NCBI GenBank assembly: GCA_032718475.1
Contig: JAUCBJ010004433.1
Location: 1-43,640, forward strand
Source: Nemertoderma westbladi
Lineage: Eukaryota > Animalia > Xenacoelomorpha
Direction: 5' to 3'
DNA length: 43,640 nt
Shown: positions 11,501 to 22,985 of the stretch, piece after piece
Layout of the letters: the number at the start of each line of letters is the position of its first letter
Numbering within the stretch: position 1 is the first letter of the stretch
The notes under the pieces: model-generated
Seen by the model: the letters and a program-made list of their open reading frames with translations, nothing else
Database searches by the model: none
What the model was told of the DNA's origin: nothing
Program-made: the position numbers and the translations under genes

Positions 11501-14500
11501 GTCAGTGGAAGTGGCTGAACTGGCTACATTGAATAGTGTTCCTAAGAGTCAGTGGAAGTGGCTGAACTGGCTACATTGAATAGTGTTCCTAAGAGTCAGT
11601 GGAAGTGGCTGAACTGGTTACATTGAATAGTGTTCCTCTAAGAGTCAGTGGAAGTGGCTGAACTGGCTACATTGAATAATGTTCCTAAGAATCAGTGGAA
11701 GTGGCTGAACTGGTTACATTGAATAGTGTTCCTAAGAGTCAGTGGAAGTGGCTGAACTGGTTACATTGAATAGTGTTCCTAAGAGTCAGTGGAAGTGGCT
11801 GAACTGGTTACATTGAATAGTGTTCCTAAGAGTCTGTGGAAGTGGCTGAACTGGCTACATTGAATAGTGTTCCTAAGAGTCAGTGGAAGTGGCTGAACTG
11901 GTTACATTGAATAGTGTTCCTAAGAGTCAGTGGAAGTGGCTGAACTGGTTACATTGAATAGTGTTCCTAAGAGTCAGTGGAAGTGGCTGAACTGGTTACA
12001 TTGAATAGTGTTCCTAAGAGTCAGTGGAAGTGGCTGAACTGGTTACATTGAATAGTGTTCCTAAGAGTCAGTGGAAGTGGCTGAACTGTCTACATTGAAT
12101 AGTGTTCCTAAGAGTCAGTGGAAGTGGCTGAACTGGTTACATTGAATAGTGTTCCTAAGAGTAGTGGAAGTGGCTGAACTGGCTACATTGAATAGTGTTC
12201 CTAAGAGTCAGTGGAAGTGGCTGAACTGGTTACATTGAATAGTGTTCCTCTAAGAGTCAGTGGAAGTGGCTGAACTGGCTACATTGAATAATGTTCCTAA
12301 GAATCAGTGGAAGTGGCTGAACTGGTTACATTGAATAGTGTTCCTAAGAGTCATCGGAAGTGGCTGAACTGGTTACATTGAATAGTGTTCCTAAGAGTCA
12401 GTGGAAGTGGCTGAACTGGTTACATTGAATAGTGTTCCTAAGAGTCATCGGAAGTGGCTGAACTGGTTACATTGAATAGTGTTCCTAAGAGTCAGTGGAA
12501 GTGGCTGAACTGGTTACATTGAATAGTGTTCCTAAGAGTCATCGGAAGTGGCTGAACTGGTTACATTGAATAGTGTTCCTAAGAGTCAGTGGAAGTGGCT
12601 GAACTGGCTACATTGAATAGTGTTCCTAAGAGTCAGTGGAAGTGGCTGAACTGGTTACATTAAATAGTGTTCCTAAGAGTCAGTGGATGTGGCTGAACTG
12701 TCTACATTGAATAGTGTTCCTAAGAGTCAGTGGAAGTGGCTGAACTGGTTACATTGAATACTGTTCCTAAGAGTCAGTGGAAGTGGCTGAACTGGTTACA
12801 TTGAATAGTGTTCCTAAGAGTCAGTGGAAGTGGCTGAACTGGTTACATTAAATAGTGTTCCTAAGAGTCAGTGGAAGTGGCTGAACTGTCTACATTGAAT
12901 AGTGTTCCTAAGAATCAGTGGAAGTGGCTGAACTGGTTACATTGAATAGTGTTCCTAAGAGTCATCGGAAGTGGCTGAACTGGTTACATTGAATAGTGTT
13001 CCTAAGAGTCATCGGAAGTGGCTGAACTGGTTACATTGAATAGTGTTCCTAAGAGTCAGTGGAAGGGGCTGAACTGGCTACATTGAATAGTGTTCCTAAG
13101 AGTCAGTGGAAGGGGCTGAACTGGCTACATTGAATAGTGTTCCTAAGAGTCAGTGGAAGTGGCTGAACTGGTTACATTGAATAGTGTTCCTAAGAGTCAT
13201 CGGAAGTGGCTGAACTGGTTACATTGAATAGTGTTCCTAAGAGTCAGTGGAAGGGGCTGAACTGGCTACATTGAATAGTGTTCCTAAGAGTCAGTGGAAG
13301 TGGCTGAACTGGTTACATTAAATAGTGTTCCTAAGAGTCAGTGGAAGTGGCTGAACTGGTTACATTGAATAGTGTTCCTAAGAGTCAGTGGAAGGGGCTG
13401 AACTGGCTACATTGAATAGTGTTCCTAAGAGTCAGTGGAAGGGGCTGAACTGGTTGCATTGAATAGTGTTCCTAAGAGTCAGTGGAAGGGGCTGAACTGG
13501 CTACATTGAATAGTGTTCCTAAGAGTCAGTGGAAGGGGCTGAACTGGCTACATTGAATAGTGTTCCTAAGAGTCAGTGGAAGGGGCTGAACTGGCTACAT
13601 TGAATAGTGTTCCTAAGAGTCAGTGGAAGTGGCTGAACTGGTTACATTGAATAGTGTTCCTAAGAGTCAGTGGAAGGGGCTGAACTGGCTACATTGAATA
13701 GTGTTCCTAAGAGTCAGTGGAAGGGGCTGAACTGGCTACATTGAATAGTGTTCCTAAGAGTCAGTGGAAGTGGCTGAACTGGTTACATTGAATAGTGTTC
13801 CTAAGAGTCATCGGAAGTGGCTGAACTGGTTACATTGAATAGTGTTCCTAAGAGTCATCGGAAGTGGCTGAACTGGTTACATTGAATAGTGTTCCTAAGA
13901 GTCAGTGGAAGGGGCTGAACTGGCTACATTGAATAGTGTTCCTAAGAGTCAGTGGAAGTGGCTGAACTGGTTACATTAAATAGTGTTCCTAAGAGTCAGT
14001 GGAAGTGGCTGAACTGTCTACATTGAATAGTGTTCCTAAGAGTCAGTGGAAGTGGCTGAACTGGTTACATTGAATAGTGTTCCTAAGAGTCATCGGAAGT
14101 GGCTGAACTGGTTACATTGAATAGTGTTCCTAAGAGTCAGTGGAAGGGGCTGAACTGGCTACATTAAATAGTGTTCCTAAGAGTCAGTGGAAGTGGCTGA
14201 ACTGGTTACATTGAATAGTGTTCCTAAGAGTCAGTGGAAGTGGCTGAACTGGTTACATTGAATAGTGTTCCTAAGAGTCAGTGGAAGTGGCTGAACTGTC
14301 TACATTGAATAGTGTTCCTAAGAATCAGTGGAAGTGGCTGAACTGGTTACATTGAATAGTGTTCCTAAGAGTCATCGGAAGTGGCTGAACTGGTTACATT
14401 GAATAGTGTTCCTAAGAGTCAGTGGAAGGGGCTGAACTGGCTACATTAAATAGTGTTCCTAAGAGTCAGTGGAAGTGGCTGAACTGGTTACATTGAATAG

Positions 14501-15768
14501 TGTTCCTAAGAGTCAGTGGAAGTGGCTGAACTGTCTACATTGAATAGTGTTCCTAAGAATCAGTGGAAGTGGCTGAACTGGTTACATTGAATAGTGTTCC
14601 TAAGAGTCATCGGAAGTGGCTGAACTGGTTACATTGAATAGTGTTCCTAAGAGTCAGTGGAAGGGGCTGAACTGGCTACATTAAATAGTGTTCCTAAGAG
14701 TCAGTGGAAGTGGCTGAACTGGTTACATTGAATAGTGTTCCTAAGAGTCAGTGGAAGTGGCTGAACTGGTTACATTAAATAGTGTTCCTAAGAGTCAGTG
14801 GAAGTGGCTGAACTGTCTACATTGAATAGTGTTCCTAAGAGTCAGTGGAAGTGGCTGAACTGTCTACATTGAATAGTGTTCCTAAGAATCAGTGGAAGTG
14901 GCTGAACTGGTTACATTGAATAGTGTTCCTAAGAGTCATCGGAATTGGCTGAACTGGTTACATTGAATAGTGTTCCTAAGAGTCAGTGGAAGGGGCTGAA
15001 CTGGCTACATTAAATAGTGTTCCTAAGAGTCAGTGGAAGTGGCTGAACTGGTTACATTGAATAGTGTTCCTAAGAGTCAGTGGAAGTGGCTGAACTGGTT
15101 ACATTAAATAGTGTTCCTAAGAGTCAGTGGAAGTGGCTGAACTGTCTACATTGAATAGTGTTCCTAAGAGTCAGTGGAAGTGGCTGAACTGGTTACATTG
15201 AATAGTGTTCCTAAGAGTCAGTGGAAGTGGCTGAACTGGTTACATTGAATAGTGTTCCTAAGAGTCAGTGGAAGTGGCTGAACTGGTTACATTGAATAGT
15301 GTTCCTAAGAGTCAGTGGAAGTGGCTGAACTGGTTACATTGAATAGTGTTCCTAAGAGTCATCGGAAGTGGCTGAACTGGTTACATTGAATAGTGTTCCT
15401 AAGAGTCAGTGGAAGTGGCTGAACTGGTTACATTGAATAGTGTTCCTAAGAGTCAGTGGAAGTGGCTGAACTGGTTACATTGAATAGTGTTCCTAAGAGT
15501 CAGTGGAAGTGGCTGAACTGGTTACATTGAATAGTGTTCCTAAGAGTCAGTGGAAGTGGCTGAACTGGTTACATTGAATAGTGTTCCTAAGAGTCATCGG
15601 AAGTGGCTGAACTGGTTACATTGAATAGTGTTCCTAAGAGTCAGTGGAAGTGGCTGAACTGGTTACATTGAATAGTGTTCCTAAGAGTCAGTGGAAGTGG
15701 CTGAACTGGTTACATTGAATAGTGTTCCTAAGAGTCAGTGGAAGTGGCTGAACTGGTTACATTGAATA
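8546..15768. repeat. Satellite 2: 47-bp unit, about 154 copies
   Basis: Unit TGGAAGTGGCTGAACTGGTTACATTGAATAGTGTTCCTAAGAGTCAG (starts at 8546, 8593, ...), with regionally clustered variants. Confidence 0.97.
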
Positions 15769-16000
15769 TCTATTCAATTTTTATTTGTCTCATCTGAAGG
15801 AGGGGTTCTATCTAAGATAAATAACTGGCCCACTAAATTTAGGGGCTTAGAAGCAGCTTTGCCGGTCGTTAATTACATTTAGGGCATTACATCGTTAATT
15901 ACAGTTAGGAACATTAATAAAGTCTAGATCAATATTTATAATTGTTTTTAACAAATAATTATAACCTAAGATACAATGCTAATTACTAATTACAACCAAA

Positions 16001-16155
16001 TTATTCAGCAATTGCAGGTAGAGTTACATAACTATGTCCCTGAATATCCAAAGAACCGCAATCAACTATAACAATGTCACTTAGAGGTCTGTCGTTATCA
16101 TCCGTTGCAACATTCTGAATGACATCAAGTGTAGCGGCGCCATTAATAACGTAAC
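16001..16155 (-). CDS. Cyclophilin-type PPIase, exon 3 (last coding exon)
   Basis: Acceptor TTCTGTTTAG at 16165-16156, in phase with exon 2. Reads (G)YVINGAATLDVIQNVATDDNDRPLSDIVIVDCGSLDIQGHSYVTLPAIAE*, matching the cyclophilin C-terminus (D-R-P...I-x-D-C-G). Confidence 0.9.
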
Positions 16156-16270
16156 CTAAACAGAATCAAATAAAATCCTCGTTAATTAAGAATACTCATG
16201 TCTGGGACTATCGTGCATTAGAATAGAAAGCCATCAGCAAACAGGTACAACTACCCCGACCACCCTCGCT

Positions 16271-17460
16271 ATTTATTTACTTATTTTTATTTATTCCAGG
16301 CCCACTGGCCCATATTAAAATAAAATACAGTATATACATATATATAATATGACAAAATATATAAATTCGAAGCACAGAAGATATATGCTGATTAATTATG
16401 TAAGTAACTAAGTAAGTAATTCACAGTTAATAGCTCTAATTCTAGATGTTCTTTTTACCGCCTTGGATACAACAGACACAACGTTATTGCCGGTTGTGTT
16501 AATCCTATCAAATAGGCTAACAATCGATCCCTATCTAATATGGATAAAACATGGTAAACTATGTTCTCCAAAGAATAACGACATACTATGGCCCGGGCCT
16601 CTTGGTATGGAAACTAGAAGGCGCGCAGCATTATTATAGGCTATTCTAATACGATTGTAAACATTACTGGAATAATTAAATCATGACCACAAGGAGTTAG
16701 AATATAACGGTGTAATATAAGACCTAAATAATTTAACTTTAACAACATCTGAACCGTTTTTAAATCTACGTAATAATGAGTATACAGATACACACATACA
16801 TATAAACGTGCATACAGACAGCCCTCTATTTATATTTTTAATGTCGTAGTCATCATCACGGGATTGATGTATCACGTGACATAGTATGTAAATTTAGATG
16901 TAACTTCAATTTGTTTATTGTACAAATAGAAAGTTGCAGGATTACTAATATTGCACTGCTTTGGTTGAAAATACATTATTTTAGTTTTCTTTAAATTGAA
17001 AATAATATTATGATCTAATGTAACAACAGTGTTAATTAGTCTTCGTAAACCGCAAGCTGAATTAGAAATAAGACATAGATCGTCGGCATACATAATATGA
17101 TTCAAACGAAGACCATCAATCATGCACGCTACATTTGTATCTACTAGTCTGTAACTCAAATCATCCATGTACAAGGGCTTAGGATACCACCCTGTTTAAC
17201 TCCATTAGAGACGGTAAAGGTTCTAGAATAGGAGTTACCCCATTTGACCTGTAGCGTTTGTGCCCGATACAGTAGGCCAAGACCCTAACTATGTAAATTG
17301 GTATACCCTTAGTTAATAATTGATGAAATAGAGTATTATGATCTATCCTATCGAACGCCTTAGAAGCATCTAGTAAACAAACATAAACTGCTGAATTATT
17401 GTGTAAGTAATAATCAAGCGTTTCCTTTAGAGTACAGATGCACAGTTCAGTACCACTACG
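16271..17460 (-). mobile_element. Decayed 5'-truncated LINE (RT domain, RTE-X-like) with (TAAA)n tail
   Basis: The minus strand reads RSGTELCI(C/Y)TLKETLDYY...CLLDASKAFDRIDH...NGVKQGGILSP...YMDDL...NHIMYADDL...KLFRSY...RIAYNNA, with frameshifts and stops. 3' end is GGGCCAGTGGGCCTGGAATAAATAAAAATAAGTAAATAAAT. Clade call is tentative. Confidence 0.88.
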
Positions 17461-20287
17461 TTTCCTTTAGAGTATAGATGCACAGTTCAGTACCACTACG
17501 TTTCCTTTAGAGTACAGATGCACAGTTCAGTACCACTACGTTTCCTTTAGAGTATAGATGCACAGTTCAGTACCACTACGTTTCTTTTAGAGTACAGATG
17601 CACAGTTCAGTACCACTACGTTTCCTTTAGAGTACAGATGCACAGTTCAGTACCACTACGTTTCCTTTAGAGTATAGATGCACAGTTCAGTACCACTACG
17701 TTTCCTTTAGAGTATAGATGCACAGTTCAGTACCACTACGTTTCCTTTAGAGTATAGATGCACAGTTCAGTACCACTACGTTTCCTTTAGAGTACAGATG
17801 CACAGTTCAGAACCACTACGTTTCCTTTAGAGTATAGATGCACAGTTCAGTACCACAACGTTTCCTTTAGAGTATAGATGCACAGTTCAGTACCACTACG
17901 TTTCCTTTAGAGTACAGATGCACAGTTCAGTACCACTACGTTTCCTTTAGAGTACAGATGCACAGTTCAGTACCACTACGTTTCCTTTAGAGAACAGATG
18001 CACAGTTCAGTACCTCTACGTTTCCTTTAGAGTACAGATGCACAGTTCAGTACCACTACGTTTCCTTTAGAGTACAGATGCACAGTTCAGTACCACTACG
18101 TTTCCTTTAGAGTACAGATGCACAGTTCAGTACCACTACGTTTCCTTTAGAGTACAGATGCACAGTTCAGTACCACTACGTTTCCTTTAGAGTACAGATG
18201 CACAGTTCAGTACCACTACGTTTCCTTTAGAGTATAGATGCACAGTTCAGTACCACTACGTTTCCTTTAGAGTACAGATGCACAGTTCAGTACCACTACG
18301 TTTCCTTTAGAGTATAGATGCACAGTTCAGTACCACTACGTTTCCTTTAGAGTATAGATGCACAGTTCAGTACCACTACGTTTCCTTTAGAGTATAGATG
18401 CACAGTTCAGTACCACTACGTTTCCTTTAGAGTATAGATGCACAGTTCAGTACCACTACCTTTCCTTTAGAGTATAGATGAACAGTTCAGTACCACTACG
18501 TTTCCTTTAGAGTACAGATGCACAGTTCAGTACCACTACGTTTCCTTTAGAGTATAGATGCACAGTTCAGTACCACTACGTTTCCTTTAGAGTACAGATG
18601 CACAGTTCAGTACCACTACGTTTCCTTTAGAGTATAGATGCACAGTTCAGTACCACTACGTTTCCTTTAGAGTATAGATGCACAGTTCAGTACCACTACG
18701 TTTCTTTTAGAGTACAGATGCACAGTTCAGTACCACTACGTTTCCTTTAGAGTATAGATGCACAGTTCAGTACCACTACGTTTCCTTTAGAGTACAGATG
18801 CACAGTTCAGTACCACTACGTTTCCTTTAGAGTACAGATGCACAGTTCAGTACCACTACGTTTCCTTTAGAGAACAGATGCACAGTTCAGTACCTCTACG
18901 TTTCCTTTAGAGTACAGATGCACAGTTCAGTACCACTACGTTTCCTTTAGAGTACAGATGCACAGTTCAGTACCACTACGTTTCCTTTAGAGTACAGATG
19001 CACAGTTCAGTACCACTACGTTTCCTTTAGAGTACAGATGCACAGTTCAGTACCACTACGTTTCCTTTAGAGTACAGATGCACAGTTCAGTACCACTACG
19101 TTTCCTTTAGAGTATAGATGCACAGTTCAGTACCACTACGTTTCCTTTAGAATATAGATGCACAGTTCAGTACCACTACGTTTCCTTTAGAGTATAGATG
19201 CACAGTTCAGTACCACTACGTTTCCTTTAGAGTATAGATGCACAGTTCAGTACCAATACGTTTCCTTTAGAGTATAGATGCACAGTTCAGTACCACTACG
19301 TTTCCTTTAGAGTACAGATGCACAGTTCAGTACCACTACGTTTCCTTTAGAGTATAGATGCACAGTTCAGTACCACTACGTTTCCTTTAGAGTATAGATG
19401 CACAGTTCAGTACCACTACGTTTCCTTTAGAGTACAGATGCACAGTTCAGTACCACTACGTTTCCTTTAGAATATAGATGAACAGTTCAGTACCACTACG
19501 TTTCCTTTAGAGTACAGATGCACAGTTCAGTACCACTACGTTTCCTTTAGAATATAGATGCACAGTTCAGTACCACTACGTTTCCTTTAGAGTACAGATG
19601 CACAGTTCAGTACCACTACGTTTCCTTTAGAGTACAGATGCACAGTTCAGTACCACTACGTTTCCTTTAGAATATAGATGAACAGTTCAGTACCACTACG
19701 TTTCCTTTAGAGTACAGATGCACAGTTCAGTACCACTACGTTTCCTTTAGAATATAGATGCACAGTTCAGTACCACTACGTTTCCTTTAGAGTACAGATG
19801 CACAGTTCAGTACCACTACGTTTCCTTTAGAGTACAGATGCACAGTTCAGTACCACTACGTTTCCTTTAGAATATAGATGAACAGTTCAGTACCACTACG
19901 TTTCCTTTAGAGTACAGATGCACAGTTCAGTACCACTACGTTTCCTTTAGAGTACAGATGCACAGTTCAGTACCACTACGTTTCCTTTAGAGTACAGATG
20001 CACAGTTCAGTACCACTACTACGTTTCCTTTAGAGTACAGATGCACAGTTCAGTACCACTACGTTTCCTTTAGAGTACAGATGCACAGTTCAGTACCACT
20101 ACGTTTCCTTTAGAGTACAGATGCACAGTTCAGTACCACTACGTTTCCTTTAGAGTACAGATGCACAGTTCAGTACCACTACGTTTCCTTTAGAGTACAG
20201 ATGCACAGTTCAGTACCACTACGTTTCCTTTAGAGTATAGATGCACAGTTCAGTACCACTACGTTTCCTTTAGAGTACAGATGCACA
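17419..20287. repeat. Satellite 3: 40-bp unit, about 72 copies, derived from the adjacent LINE RT sequence
   Basis: Unit CGTTTCCTTTAGAGTA(C/T)AGATGCACAGTTCAGTACCACTA. Its reverse complement encodes RSGTELCI(C/Y)TLKET, in frame with the LINE RT. Confidence 0.97.
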
Positions 20288-21187
20288 TTAAATAGTCTGA
20301 CTGGACAGTCAATGAATGGGTCGATCAGTCTAGACTGAAATTAAATAGTCTGACTGGACAGTCAATGAATAGGTCGATCAGTCTAGGCTGGAATTAAACA
20401 GTCTGACTGGACAGTCAATGAATGGGTCGATCAGTCTAGACTGAAATTAAATAGTCTGACTGGACAGTCAATGAATGGGTCGATCAGTCTAGATTGGAAT
20501 TAAACAGTCTGACTGGACAGTCAATGAATGGGTCGATAAGTCTAGACTGAAATTAAACAGTCTGACTGGACAGTCAATGAATGGGTCGATCAGTCTAGAC
20601 TGAAATTAAACAGTCTGACTGGACAGTCAATGAATGGGTCGATCAGTCTAGATTGGAATTAAACAGTCTGACTGGACAGTCAATGAATGGGTCGATCAGT
20701 CTAGGCTGGAATTAAACAGTCTGACTGGACAGTCAATGAATGGGTCGATCAGTCTAGACTGAAATTAAATAGTCTGACTGGACAGTCAATGAATGGGTCG
20801 ATCAGTCTAGATTGAAATTAAACAGTCTGACTGGACAGTCAATGAATGGGTCGATCAGTCTAGACTGAAATTAAACAGTCTGACTGGACAGTCAATGAAT
20901 GGGTCGATCGGTCTAGATTGGAATTAAACAGTCTGACTGGACAGTCAATGAATGGGTCGATCAGTCTAGGCTGGAATTAAACAGTCTGACTGGACAGTCA
21001 ATGAATGGGTCGATCAGTCTAGACTGAAATTAAACAGTCTGACTGGACAGTCAATGAATGGGTCGATCAGTCTAGACTGAAATTAAACAGTCTGACTGGA
21101 CAGTCAATGAATGGGTCGATCAGTCTAGATTGGAATTAAACAGTCTGACTGGACAGTCAATCAATGGGTCGATCAGTCTAGACTGGA
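20287..21187. repeat. Satellite 4: 53-bp palindrome-rich unit, about 17 copies
   Basis: Unit ATTAAACAGTCTGACTGGACAGTCAATGAATGGGTCGATCAGTCTAGACTGAA (starts at 20287, 20340, ...). Confidence 0.96.
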
Positions 21188-21193
21188 TTAGTA

Positions 21194-21221
21194 TAAACCG
21201 TGATAAGATCGCTGGGTAAAC
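21194..21221. repeat. Orphan monomer of satellite 5
   Basis: TAAACCGTGATAAGATCGCTGGGTAAAC, identical to the GATA variant found in the main array (e.g. 33278-33305). Confidence 0.9.
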
Positions 21222-22985
21222 TGTTGCTGCAGTTATAAATCCTGCTTTTAAAATTACTTGTTTTACCAATTTACCCAAAATACTGTGGGGCGAGACACGT
21301 AGTCGGCGAGCCTTTGCATACGGTTCATTTAGGGCAAATGGGGCATGTCCGTCTGTCTGTCCGTCTGTCTGGTAAATGTTTGAACGCGAATTTCTCGGCA
21401 TCGCTCGTTCGGAATTGAACCAAACTTAGTAGGTAAGTAGTAGAGAGAAAGTTTAGAAAGTTTGTAAAGTTTGGTGAAAAATCATGCAGTCTGACGTCAG
21501 CTACGACAGATTATGTGGTTTTTAGAAAATGTTAAATTTCTCGGGAAGGCCTCATTTTCCTGAGCTGAAATTTTGGTGGCCTGTAGAGAATCATGAAGTC
21601 TATCTTTTACGAAATTGAAAAGTTAAGACATTTAATTGGGGATCCGCTAGAGACTCAGAAGTAATGACATAGGCCTACCGGTACGGTACTGCTGTACAGT
21701 GCTGCACTGGTAAGTACGAAATTGCAGAATAACAATTTGACACCACCTAGCGGATTAACATATGATTGTATATCGAATGAATACATTTATAGCATGGGAT
21801 ATGGGGTCCAAACTAGACATGCCCCATTTGCTCTATATGAAACGTATGCCAAGGCTTGCCGACTACGTGCTGCGCGAAGTCCCCACGAACGTGTATATTT
21901 ATTGATACAGGACCAGTTACGGTATCATATTGATTATTTCTTACAAATTATTCTTTAGTAAAGGTTCTTACGCCATCTAGTGCTATTACACCTATATTCG
22001 ATCTAATTTCTACTGTAAAGGCCTACTAAGCCTCAAATGGAATACATGATGCTTATTGGCTATGTTCCTTGCTGATAAGCTGGTATATAAGTGCGGTTGT
22101 TCTATGATTGGTTTACTCTTTTTGTTATAGAATTACTCTTTTTGACAGAAGAAGTCGCATTGCCCATGCAGAGGCACTGATCCCCGGTCAAGTTTAATTG
22201 ACTGGTGGTTATTACAGGCCTAAGGTCTAAACTTAAAGAGTTAATAATTGAATTATAATTATTATTACTGGATATTCTACTGGTAAATTCAATTTGTCTT
22301 ATTATTTGCTTAATATATCGCCGATATTACAGAATCAAGGAAGGTTTACACGCGCCACAACAGGTGGGTTGCTGTAACTAAGTATCAGTGATAATCTGGA
22401 CAATTGTATCAGATCTGTATATTGTCATATCTCTGACTTACTAAATAATTAATATATGGCGATATTTCAGACCATTAATATAAGCAAAACTCTTATTATT
22501 AATTACATCACGATTGAGAGTTGTCCCAAATTGAATACTGTGGTAATATCAATATAATTAGACCAAAGACTTGTCACAATATGTTTCCCCTAAAGGGAAA
22601 CACAACCACCAGACTTGAGTCCTTACAGAATTAATTAGTCAGTCATTTGCTTGTTATACTTTGTTGTCACACCCTCCCGGTATCGTATCTCAGTTAAATA
22701 CAATAGATAATCAAATACCGTATTGAACTAAGTGAAATATAGAGGAAATCAATGCATCGAAGGGAAAAAGGGTAAATAAACAGATACAGTGAGCGGTCCT
22801 CGGTTACAGGTACACTAGCGCAACTCCCGTTCATTGTATCAGACCGGACATTTTGCCTTCATTATTGCATGGCTTATCAAGTAACATAAAAGAGTCAAAA
22901 TATATGAACATTGAGAGTGAAAGAACATATTTATCAAATGCGCTAACAATATCAAATGCAACTGCTCACATTGAATCCGCTCACA
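21222..22985. mobile_element. Putative solo-LTR-like insertion (TG...CA) into the start of satellite 5
   Basis: Starts TGTTGC and ends GCTCACA. Flanked by TAAAC (21217-21221) and TAAAG (22986-22990). Excising it restores the satellite phase. Confidence 0.5.
21285..21886. mobile_element. Non-autonomous MITE or DINE/HINE (Helentron-derived)-like element
   Basis: Imperfect inverted repeats of about 65-70 bp at 21285-21349 and 21816-21886 (GACATGCCCCATTTGC...GCCGACTACGTG...CCCCAC). A (GTCY)n microsatellite lies at about 21347-21371, inside the left arm. Confidence 0.65.

Noticed and set aside
4393-21187. CRISPR arrays (palindromic 29-53-bp repeats)
   Set aside because: Units are head-to-tail with no unique spacers, there are no cas genes, and the context is eukaryotic.
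21120-21958. ORFs 21120-21401 (-) and 21722-21958 (+) sharing HAPFAL..YAKA.RLR as paralogous genes
   Set aside because: The similarity simply reflects the inverted repeats of the MITE-like element.
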